DNA from: Chiloscyllium plagiosum
Lineage: Eukaryota
NCBI RefSeq assembly: GCF_004010195.1
Contig: NC_057718.1
Coordinates: 40,899,539-40,934,760, forward strand
DNA: 35,222 nt
Direction: 5' to 3'
This document shows, one piece after another, positions 24,587-35,010 of this stretch. How positions within the stretch are numbered: position 1 is the first letter of the stretch; each line of letters begins with the position of its first letter. The position numbers and the translations under genes are program-made. The notes beneath the pieces are model-generated. The model saw only the letters and a program-made list of their open reading frames with translations. It was not told the origin of the DNA and did no database searches.

Positions 24587-25674
24587 GCTGCCTATTTTCT
24601 GTCAGATGAGGGGAATTAATATCAAGACTTAACAGTAATAGTAAGAAAGAAATGCAGCAATATTTCGTATTATGCATCTTGTTTTGGTTGTTTTTATTCC
24701 ATGCTGACGAAGAATGCACACATTGTTTAATTGTACTCTGTCTGATAGGCAGGTGTCCAATGTTAGTAAGTGAAAGAGCACGGATAGTTTCTTATGGTGA
24801 CTGATTCAATGGAATGTCTGGGTCTCTGCCTAAGTGCCAGTAGTGTTTTTTTTACTTTATTGGAGATATCATCCAGGATCAGTCTTAATGGTAAGCAATG
24901 CATTCTAAAAATTTTATTAGTGTTTGATGAAAAGCAGTTGAGCTTTCTCAGACAAATGGAATTAGAATAAAAAGGTTCCACACAGTACATTCTGATAACT
25001 GCAGCAAGAGACAAGCCTGGAAAATAAATGGGAAACACGGCAGTGCCAGGATTAATATGACACTACACCCACTTAGGTCATGCTCTTAAATATTAAAAAG
25101 TAAGTTCAATCCTTTTTTGGAATAGTACTCCCCTTTTTCCTTTCTGCCTCCGATTTCAAAGTAACCAATTGTGTACTATAAGTATGGTGTTCATAAATTC
25201 CTTTGCTTCCTCCACTGCTTGAACTGCATTGCTGATATTACCATCAGATTTCTGGCCATAATCATTCATTAGTGGGAGAAGAATGGCTTAAAGAGAAATT
25301 AATGTTATCACACAATCAATGATCTGACAACTATTGGAAAACATTTGATGGCCAGGGTGTTACAGTCCTGACCTGAGTAGATCATTCTCCCACTTCAAAA
25401 GTCAGCATCTGCTGTGCAGCTGAAGAGAAATTTCCAAGGTCTGGAGGTGGTGTTTGTTGGAAAACATTAACTGGGAATGCAGACATAGTATTTTGCTTTT
25501 TAGGGATGGAGCAGTAGAAGTAACTTCTGTAGATATTCAAACCTTTTCCACTGATCATTATTATTTCTGCATAATCTGACTATAGCATCCACTTAGCAAG
25601 TCTCCTGTCAAACCCCCAGTATTTTATATTTTTCATTAAGATCACCTCCCATTCTTTTAAAGTACAATGATCAT

Positions 25675-25960
25675 CGTGAGTTTTGAGAAGACTTGTAGCT
25701 CAGGTTGAGGTTCTGGATGTAGGTTTGCTCGCTGAGCTGGAAGGTTCATTTCCAGATTTTTCATCACCCTACTAGGTAACATCTTCAGTGAGTCTCCAGG
25801 CGAAGCACTGCTTCTGATTCCTGCTTTTTATTTATATGTTTGGGTTTCTTTGGGTTGGTGATGTCATTTCCTGTGGTGATATCATTTCTTGTTCTTTTTC
25901 TCAGGGGGGGTGGAAGATGGGGTCTAATTCGATGTGTTTGTTGATAGAGTTCTGGTTGGA
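25675..25960 (-). mobile_element. Terminal fragment of a further Penelope-like family
   Basis: Distinct sequence carrying its own hammerhead; GATCAT at 25669-25674 and 25959-25964 as possible TSD. Confidence 0.65.
25753..25788 (-). ncRNA. Hammerhead motif with longer stem II
   Basis: Minus: CTGAAGA-T-GTTACC tagtag GGTGAT-GAAA-AATC; 6-bp stem II with G-U pairs; stem III decayed. Confidence 0.6.
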
Positions 25961-25975
25961 TCATTGGTCCAATTT

Positions 25976-26104
25976 GGAGAAAGTGAGGGCTGCAGATGCT
26001 GGAGAGTCAGATCGTAAAGTGTGGCACTGGAAAAAGCACAGCAGGTCAGGCAGCATCCAAAGATCAGGAGAGTCAATGTTTCGTGCATAAGTCCTTCATC
26101 AGGA
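25976..26104 (-). mobile_element. Penelope pLTR insert with decayed hammerhead (26074-26102)
   Basis: Reverse of the 189-314 module; flanks ATTGGTCCAATTT (25963-25975) / ATAGGTCTAATTT (26105-26117). Confidence 0.85.
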
Positions 26105-26870
26105 ATAGGTCTAATTTACCTAAAATATTGTAATAAAACAATTCTTTCGTCAAATGAAATAAACATTGTTAACATTCTTTGAACTGCCTCCAAGGCAAAT
26201 ACATCTCTCTTGAATAAGGGGATCAAAATTGTATGTAGTACTCTAGATACAGTCTCACAATCATGCCCTGCAGTGTTAAGAAGACTTGCTTACTTTTATG
26301 CTGCATCCCCCTTAAAACAAGATCAGCATTCTATTTACCTTTCTAAATACTTGCTGTACCTAGGTGCTGTTTGGTATGAGGCCACCCAGATTTCTCTGCT
26401 TTACTTTTCTATTCTTTCTACCAAATTGGATCATTTGTAAAATTCTACTATTTTTCCATATTATATTCTAGTTGCCAATTTTTGTCCACTCTCAATATCC
26501 CTTTATAGAATGTTTTAGGCTACCTCATGATTTTCTTCACTACCAATTTTTGGATCATCAGAAATTTAGCTGTAATACAATCTGTTCCTTCACCCAGTGA
26601 TCATTATAGATCATAAATATTCAATGTAGAATTGATTTCTAAGCTCCTTCCCCAAATACAATTTGCCAACCTGGAAATAACTCATTTATTCTGATTTTTG
26701 GATTCCTGTTGGTTAACAAACCCTCCTCCCATGTAAATATATTACACCCAACACCTTAGACATTGCTGCTTTCTGTCTGCTTTCATGAATAGCAGAGTTA
26801 TGTTTGTCGTTTTCCATACCACTGGAAGCTTCACAGTATTTAAGGAAGTTTGGAAGATTTCAGGCTAGAA
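26105..26870 (-). mobile_element. Old CR1 relic (continues from ~25560-25674)
   Basis: Patchy collinearity with 28400-29150. Confidence 0.5.
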
Positions 26871-27014
26871 CAAGTAGTGTGTGTGGAAGGTGTCAGCAAT
26901 TGCAGTGTATTTGCATTTCCATAAAATAATAATAAAAATAATCAGTAACAAATCCTATAATAAGATGCCATAGGTTGCTTAAGGTTTATGTAATAGGGTT
27001 GAAGGTAAGAACAA

Positions 27015-27265
27015 GAACAGAAAAAGAAAGGAGGAGACTTCTGTCAGGTAGAAAAAAAGCAACAGCTTGTGGGGTCAGCAAAGAGGGAAATGTGGCAGCA
27101 GAATATGGGAGAGAAGGCAGCCTTCGATCAAAGCAGTGGAACAGAAAAAGAAAGGAGGAGACTTCTGTCAGGTAGAAAAAAAGCAACAGCTTGTGGGGTC
27201 AGCAAAGAGGGAAATGTGGCAGCAGAATATGGGAGAGAAGGCAGCCTTCGATCAAAGCAGTGGAA
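27015..27265 (+). repeat. Perfect tandem duplication, 2 x 124 bp
   Basis: 27015-27138 identical to 27139-27262; GAA repeated at 27263-27265. Confidence 0.95.
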
Positions 27266-27849
27266 TCTAAAGAATTGGAAAGGTTTGTCCTGGTGTGGGG
27301 CAGGGGGAGGGTGAGCAGTAGAGGAATTGCTGAAGTAGCCTTGCTAGTGATATTTGATTTGGAACTTCTCCAAAAATTAAAAATATCACCTTCTGATGGT
27401 CACTCAAAATTATAGCTTGAAACAAGGAGAAGCAAAACAATTGGGAAATGGAATGACATTGGACTGGTTCTTGTGAAAACTGTTATTTCCCAGAGAAAGT
27501 GATATAATGTATGATTGTGGCATCAGTTTTCATTTATGTTAAAAGGTAACTTTTTTTTAATGTAGTGTATTATTTGCTTACAAGTATTGTTTAATTAGTG
27601 TTGCTTTTAGTTTTTTTTTGTTAGAGCGAAAGTTCTTAAAGCTTGAAATCTTGTGAAATTCCTTTAAAGTTGGTCACTAGAAATTCAAATATAATTTTTC
27701 AACTTATCTATCTCTGCAAAGAATTGTTTCCAATTATTAATTCCTAGTCTTATCATATGTGGAACCATTATTTATTTAAACTACTCTCTTTGTATATGCT
27801 TGTCGAAGCTCTAACGCTGGTGTTTTATCTAGTTTACATTCAGACTTTG

Positions 27850-28045
27850 GCCAGAGTCTGCCATAGATCAGACATATATTGGAATACTTTTCAATTGCAT
27901 GATTAGGTGCATCTCCAACAGAATTCAAGAAACTTGATAGCATCCAGGACAAAAAAGCATACTTGATTAGCACCTCATCCAACACCATCAACATTCACTC
28001 CTGATCACCACTGATGCACAGTGGCAGCTATGTTGACCATTTACA
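27850..28045 (+). mobile_element. Second-family LINE fragment, left part
   Basis: CAAGAAACTTGATAGCATCCAGGACAAA is reverse-collinear with 18730-18910. Confidence 0.75.
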
Positions 28046-30570
28046 TAAAAACAGAAAATAGGAACATGAATAGGCCATTCAGCCCAATGAGCCCACTCTG
28101 CCATTCAGTATGATTGTGGCTGATCCTCAACATCGTACTCCCATTATCTCTGCATAGCCGTCAATGCTTTTAGCCTCTAGAAATGTTAGCTGTTTCTTTC
28201 TTAAATATATTTAATGATTTGCCCTTCATAACCTCTGTGGTAGAAAATTCCATAGGTGCATCACCCTCTGAGTGAAGATATTTATCATCTGTCTTAAATG
28301 CACACCCTTACACCATCATATCTTGTAATCCCCTCCTCTCCTCCAAAGCTCATGGAATTGCTATCTCTGTATCAAGTATGTGCAAACCTGTCAGAATCTT
28401 ATGTGTTTCAATGAGATCCCTGCTTAGTCTTCTAAGCTCCAGTGATTATAGGCTCAGTTGAGCCAATGTCTGCTCGTGTGTCAAGCTTGCCATTCCAGGA
28501 GTCAGTCTGTTGAACCATCGTTGCAATTCATCAAAGGCTTTTCTGAAACAAGGAAACCAAGATTGTACACCATTCTCCAGGTGTGGTGTCACCAAGGCCC
28601 TTTATAACAGCAGTAAGTATGCAAACCCTATTACCATGAAGGAAAACAAACCACTTGCCTTTCTAACTACTTGCTGCTCTTGCATGCTTGCTTTCAGTGA
28701 TTGCTGTGCAACGTTACCCAGGGTCCTTTTTACATCAACATTTCCCAAACTATTAGCAGTTAATTAAGATTTTTGCCATTCTCTTTGTCCTACTAAAGTG
28801 GACGACTTCACATTTATTGACTTTATCTCTATCTGCTATGCTTTTGTTCAGTCACTCCACTAACTCACATTGAAGTCTTTTTACATGCTCAGCAAGACTC
28901 ACAATCTCAGCTAGTTTAATGTGATCAGCAAACTTGGAAATAGCACATTTGATTCCACCAAAAAAACGTTTGTGAACTTGTGAATAGCTGAGACCCAAGT
29001 ACTGATCCCTGTAGTATCCCACTTGTCGATACCTAGCATGCTGGAAGAACAGCCATTTGTTCCTCCCCTATTTTCTTGTCTGCTAACCAATTCTCAGTTT
29101 GTATCAGTAGATTATCACCAATCCTATGTGCTGTGATTTTGTACATTAATTTCTTATCTGGAACTTAATCAAAAATTCTCTGAAAATCTAATTCAGCACA
29201 TCCACTGGTTCTCTCTTATCTATTCTATGAGTTGCATTCTCAAAAAAAACTTTAGTAGTTTCCCTTTCATATCTCCATGTTGACTGCATAACCCTGTTAG
29301 CATTTTCTAAGTGTCCTGTTATCACGTCTGTTTTCATTTGATGCCAGCACTTTCCTATGACTGATGTTAGGCTAACTGTCATGTAATTCCTGATTTACTC
29401 CCTCCCTCCTTTTAAATTCTGATGCTATGTTTGCTGCCCTACATTCTGCTGGATCTATTCCAAACCTATAGAATTTTAAAAGGTGACAACCAATGCATCC
29501 ATTATTTCCATAGCCATTCCATTTAGTACTGGGGTGTAGATTTTCAGTCTCTGGGATTATATGAGCTTTCCATCGCTCTAATTTTTCTAGCATTTTCTTT
29601 ATGAATACTAGTCTCTTCCAATTCCTCCTTCCCAATAGACCTTGGCTTCCCTTGCATTTCTGGGAGGCTATTTGTATACTATGTGAAGATAGAACTAAAT
29701 TAGTCATTTAATTTCTCTGCCATTTCTTTGTTCTCACTATCAGTTCTCCCATTTCAGAATTTGAGGGATGTAAACTTATCTTTATTAATCTTTTCTTCTT
29801 GCATAATTATAGAAACTCTTAACACTTCACTTATTTGTGCCTTGCAAATTCACAATCATATGCCACTTTTCCCACCTAATCAACCTTTTGGTCTTCCAGA
29901 GAATTGTGGAGACTAGATCATTGAAAGTATTTAAGGGAATTAGATAGATTTTTGAAATATCAGGGTGTTGAGGGCTTTTAGGAGTTGGCATGGAGGAGCA
30001 GTTGATGTCTGGAGCAGATCAGTCATGGTCTTATTGAATGGTGGAGCTGGCTTGAGGGGCCAAGTGACTTAATCCTGTTTCTACTTCTTGTGTTTTTATA
30101 TTCTTTGCTGAACTCTATACTGTTTCCAATCCTCAGGCTTCCTGCTTATTTAAGCAATCATATATGACACCTCTTTGGATCTAACACTGTCCTTAATTTA
30201 TTTTGCCTATGGTTGGTCCACTTCCTGTTGTCTTCTTTTACTTGGAAGGAATGCATGACTGTTGAAATGCCAGTGGAAGTGTTGGAAGCAGGCACGTTAG
30301 CAACGTTTAAGGTATATATTGATAAGACACATGAAGGGGAGACGAACAGATGGATGGAAGCTGTGTGTGGGTAATAAATAAGGAGTAGGAATTGGTGCAG
30401 GTTTGGTGGGCAAAAGGGCCTGTTCCTGTGTTGTATTATAATGTATTGAAATACATGTGTTTACTCCTTAAATATTAACTCTTGCCTTTCCAATGTAGTG
30501 CATTTTAATGAAGTCATGCTGTTGTGCAACCAATTCATCCCTCCTACTTCTGACATATCCTTTATTAGAT
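28043..30570 (-). mobile_element. Old CR1 LINE ~2.5 kb with two nested plus-strand CR1 3' fragments (~29898-30102, ~30270-30442)
   Basis: SLTSVIGK..ITGHLE, RIDKREPVDV, AANI...FKR; reverse 3' end AGAAAATAGGAACATGAATAGGCCATTCAGCCC. Confidence 0.8.
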
Positions 30571-30850
30571 TTACTTGATGCAGAGATTAACCAACAGTCC
30601 TTTGTCATCACCTGCCAAACCTACAACTTCATTCATTCAGAAGAACAACGGTATTAGTTGCATGGGAATGCCATCACTTGCAAGTTCCCCTCTAAGTCAC
30701 ACACCATCCTGACTTGAAACTTCATCACTATTCATTCACTGTCACTGAGTTTCTTCCTAATGCAACGCGGATATACTAGCCACCTTAGAAAAGTGCAATA
30801 AATTCTGGCTGAGCCAGCAATACCTACATCCTAGAATGAATAAAAAAAAA
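30570..30850 (+). mobile_element. Second-family LINE fragment, right part with 3' tail
   Basis: Reverse-collinear with 18400-18725; ends GAATGAATAAAAAAAAA. Confidence 0.75.
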
Positions 30851-31450
30851 TTAAGCCATCTTTTGCTAATTTCTACACTTTTTCCTATCTTCACAATAAT
30901 CTTCACAACATTGAATGTCTTTTATTCAATTTAATACTATCAGTAATTTCCTTAATTCCTTAGATAGCCACAGGTAGTCACATTTCTCAGAGTCTTTTCT
31001 TCTGAATTGAATATATTGTTGTAGAGTTATCAAAGGTCTCCTGAAATGTCTGCATTGCTTATCCACGGTTTTATTTATACATTGTTATCCCCATGTATGT
31101 TAGCCAGTTCTGTTTCTATGGACATTAATTATGGGCACGCATTTCTCACCCTCAAACTGAATGTGAAATTCTATTTTGTTATAGTCACTCGTCCTGATAA
31201 AGATCCTTTACTAAGCAATAGTCAAGTATTCCTGTCTCATTACTCAATGTCAAGTCTAAAATCGTCTGGTCCCTGGTCAGTTTCACAATATATTATTCTA
31301 AGGAAGTATCCATGAACTCATCCTCAAAAGTTACTTCTATCAAAGTGATTTGTCCTAACTATATGAAGATTATAATTACTTACCAATATTGCGGTACCTT
31401 TCATACAAGCCTCTATTATTGCTTGGCTTATACTCTGACCTACAGAATTA

Positions 31451-31593
31451 CTGGAGCAGGAGAATCAACGTTTCAGACATAGGCCCTTCATCAGGAATCA
31501 TGCTTCTGCTCCTCAGATGCTGCCTGACTTGCTGCGCTTCTCCAGCACCACACTCTCGACTCTGATCTTCAGCATCTGCAGTCCTCACTTTCT
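31451..31593. mobile_element. Penelope mini-insert with internal inversion; minus hammerhead at 31470-31494
   Basis: CCTACAGAATTA at 31439-31450 and 31594-31605; minus CTGATGA-A-GGGC ctat GTCT-GAAAC followed by plus-strand pLTR tail. Confidence 0.88.
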
Positions 31594-31781
31594 CCTACAG
31601 AATTATTGTCAGGGGCTTTTGCCACTCTCACCAATGATTTCTTTCCCTTGTTATTTATTATCTTCACTCAAATTGATTCAACATCTTGATCTTCTGAGCC
31701 AAGGTAATTTCTTACTACTGTAGGATTTCATTTTTTATTAACAAGAAATTTATTTTCCTTTCTTCCTATTCTTTCAAAACA

Positions 31782-31972
31782 CAAAAGATCTGATGACAGT
31801 ATTTTGAAGAAGAATTCATCTGGGTTTGCTGGCCAGAATTTGTACCTCAGTTAACAGTACCGAAAACCTGAGATTATATGGCCATTATCACCTTCTTGTT
31901 TATTTGAATCTGAGTATGTGAATTGTTTGCCCCATTTTCTTTAGTGTCAACACTTCAAAAGTACTTCATTGT
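31782..31972 (+). mobile_element. DeuSINE-like (SacSINE1/AmnSINE1-type) element, left part
   Basis: TTTGAAGAAGA..CTGGCCA..ATTT..CCTCA..GATTAT.TGG.CATTATCAC..ACACTTCAAAAGTACTTCATTG resembles the remembered Deu-domain consensus. Confidence 0.6.
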
Positions 31973-31979
31973 CTTGCAA

Positions 31980-32926
31980 GGACCAGATGGGCCAATGGGC
32001 TGAGAAGTGGCAGATGGAGTTTAATTCAGATAAATGCGAGGTGCTGCATTTTGGGAAAGCAAATCTTAGCAAGACTTATACAATTCATGGTAAGGTCCTA
32101 GGGAGTGTTGCTGAACAAAGAGACCTTGGAGTGCAGGTTCATGGCTCCTTGAAAGTGGAGTCGCAGGTAGATAGGATAGTGAAGNNNNNNNNNNNNNNNN
32201 NNNNNNNNNNNNNNNNNNNNNNNNNNNNNNNNNNNNNNNNNNNNNNNNNNNNNNNNNNNNNNNNNNNNNNNNNNNNNNNNNNNNNNNNNNNNNNNNNNNN
32301 NNNNNNNNNNNNNNNNNNNNNNNNNNNNNNNNNNNNNNNNNNNNNNNNNNNNNNNNNNNNNNNNNNNNNNNNNNNNNNNNNNNNNNNNNNNNNNNNNNNN
32401 NNNNNNNNNNNNNNNNNNNNNNNNNNNNNNNNNNNNNNNNNNNNNNNNNNNNNNNNNNNNNNNNNNNNNNNNNNNNNNNNNNNNNNNNNNNNNNNNNNNN
32501 NNNNNNNNNNNNNNNNNNNNNNNNNNNNNNNNNNNNNNNNNNNNNNNNCTCATAGAGGTTTATAAAATTATGAGGGGCATGGATAGGATAAATAGACAAA
32601 GTCTTTTCCCTGGGATCGGGGAGTCCAGAACTACAGGGCTTAGGTTTAGGGTGAGAGGGGAAAGATATAAAAGGGACCTAAGGGGCAACTCTTTCACGCA
32701 GAGGGTGGTACGTGTATGGAATGAGCTGCCAGAGGATGTGGTGGAGGCTAGTACAATTGCAACATTAAAGAGGCATTTGGATGGATATATGAATAGAAAG
32801 GGTTTGGAGAGATATGGGCCAGGTGCTGGCAGGTGTGACTAGTTTGGGTTGGGATATCTGTTCGGCATGGACTGGTTGGACCGAAGGGTCTGTTTCCATG
32901 CTGTACATCTCTATGACTCTATGACT
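31980..32926 (+). mobile_element. Young CR1 LINE 3' portion spanning the gap
   Basis: WAEKWQMEFNSDKCEVLHFG, FTQRVVRVWNELP; CTCTATGACTCTATGACT tail. Confidence 0.93.
32185..32548. other. Assembly gap (364 N)
   Basis: Run of N. Confidence 1.
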
Positions 32927-32990
32927 TTAAGCCCTTTGAGATGACTAGTGGTCTTGAAAAGTGCTAAATAAATGCAGATCTTTATTTTTA
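32927..32990 (+). mobile_element. DeuSINE-like element, right part (tail)
   Basis: TAAGCCCTTTGAGATG...TGAAAAGTGCTAAATAAATGCAGATCTTT continues the consensus broken at 31972. Confidence 0.6.
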
Positions 32991-35010
32991 ATGCATCTAA
33001 CTTTATGATTTCTGGTTCTTACACTGAACAGGCTGATGTTAGTTCAAAATAATGTGTGTATATTTTCCCAAAACATCCTCAGGGACGCATTATTTGAACA
33101 GAGAAAAAGGGATTGTATTTGCATTCATGCGTTACACTATTTGTAAATGACATAAGTGTTGTGTGTATTGGAATGGCTTCCTCTGAGAAGGAATGTTAGT
33201 CATAATTTGCGAAAGTGAAAAGGTATGCTGACAGAATTCCAGTGCTCTTTAGAGAACAAGATTATAGATAATGTCAAACATGGTTCTGTTTAAAATCTAC
33301 AAAATTTGGTTTATGGCCTGTGGTTAACCACCCACAATATACACCGCATGCAGCATAAAATGTTTTTTGACAATATTAAAGGGGTCGTGTTGTCATCCAA
33401 GAAAATCTTGCAAGACATCTTTCTTTTCCTTAAAAAATGTATTTCACGACATTGGATAATTATGTAATCATTCACTAAGAATACCTGATTACACTGCACC
33501 AGAAAGTCTAATTTTGTGCTCAATTTTCAGTTCTAAATTATTCCTGGCTGCTTTAAATTAATGAGAGTAATTTTTAACCCTAGTCTTAACATGGGTTGCC
33601 AACTCTGATTGAAGATATGCCTGCAGATTTATCCACATAACTTCCTCCGCCCACCTTGTGTCCCAAAACACCCACCACCGATTATCGAGTCTGTCTGTAT
33701 TTGTATACCACATTCTTATATCAATGGAAAGGTGATTGGATTGTTCTTGACTGTCAGTAAAACAGCATTCATCCATTCTAACTGGGATGGATAAACAAAG
33801 TTGTTCAAAGCAAGTGGAAGAAGAAAACGCCCATTTTGTTGTGAGAGATTTGTTCTGAAGGAGTTAATGTTGGAGGCTACATTAAGCTGCTCCCAATCTG
33901 AAGTCATACCTCCTTGGGTTGGATAATCAGGAAAATTGCTCAGCATTGCAAAAGGGACAGTTGTGTCATTTATGTCTCCTGTATCTTAGTAACAATATCT
34001 AACTAGCAACTTGTACCTAATTGCCATCATGCAATAAATTACATCTTGTTAAGACAAGAGAATCATTAGCTTAAGACCCGCTTGTAATTGTTCCTCTACC
34101 CTTTTAAACCAAACCCATAGATTCTGGCTTGCAAAAATATCCTGGAGATTAACCTTTGTTCAATGGAGACTTCATGCCAATTCTACAGGAATGGCAACCC
34201 TACTGCTGTGTTTTTGTAGGAATCTAACCAGAATAGGTGGTTGATATCCTGAATGCTATTGCATTCAGGAAGAAGTGATGTTCAGCTGCATGATTTGTGT
34301 AGTACCAGGCATGTTGTAGCTTGCAATCAAACCACTTTACCTTGATTTCACTCATGTTTGACTATTCAGAACCACTATTTCATTGCTGGCTGTGAGGATG
34401 TTAGCACTGAGGTCATCACAAATCCACTGTAAACTCCAGGAGTTCAAAACGAATAACAGACAACAAGAGAGAGATAGAGCAATACAAGAGAGGGAGAGAG
34501 AAACAGATACAAAATTAAAAGGAGGGAGCGAGAAACACAGGTGTAATTTAAGACTTCCACAGAAAGGTTTGGAGGTATGAAGGTATTTAGTGAGAAGGGA
34601 GAATGTCTGCCCCAATTAGATCTGGTGTGGGAAGACTCATGGATAACCTTTCTAACTTGCTGCCATCTGAGGCCGTTAGGTGGTAATCAATGCCAAATTA
34701 TGGGCATCATGCTAATGCCACTGGTATTCAACCAGCTGCAAACTGGGAACTGTTCATGGAGGGAGCCAAATTGCAAAGCCCTGTCAGATTTACATGTGGG
34801 CTTCCAGTGGAGGTTCCTAATTCAAAGGCACTCAGTATCTAGTCCGACATGTTGCCCTTGCTGCCAATCCTTCTTCTTCCATCTTTCCATTCCAACCTCC
34901 TTCGATTTCTCACTGCCATGTAGCTGGGATCCCTTGCTGATCCTGGACCTCTGGAATGTCCATTGCTGGCAGCAACCATTCAATCCCACTGCCTGCAATG
35001 AACAGCTTCC

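Noticed and set aside
27015..27265. CRISPR-like array or repeat protein
   Set aside because: Only two adjacent units with no spacers; ORFs simply mirror the duplication
31969..32599. Long ORFs of 151-198 aa
   Set aside because: Artefacts of translating through the N gap
34362..34422. C/D-box snoRNA on minus (GTGATGA...CTGA)
   Set aside because: Short, no convincing terminal stem, no recognisable guide
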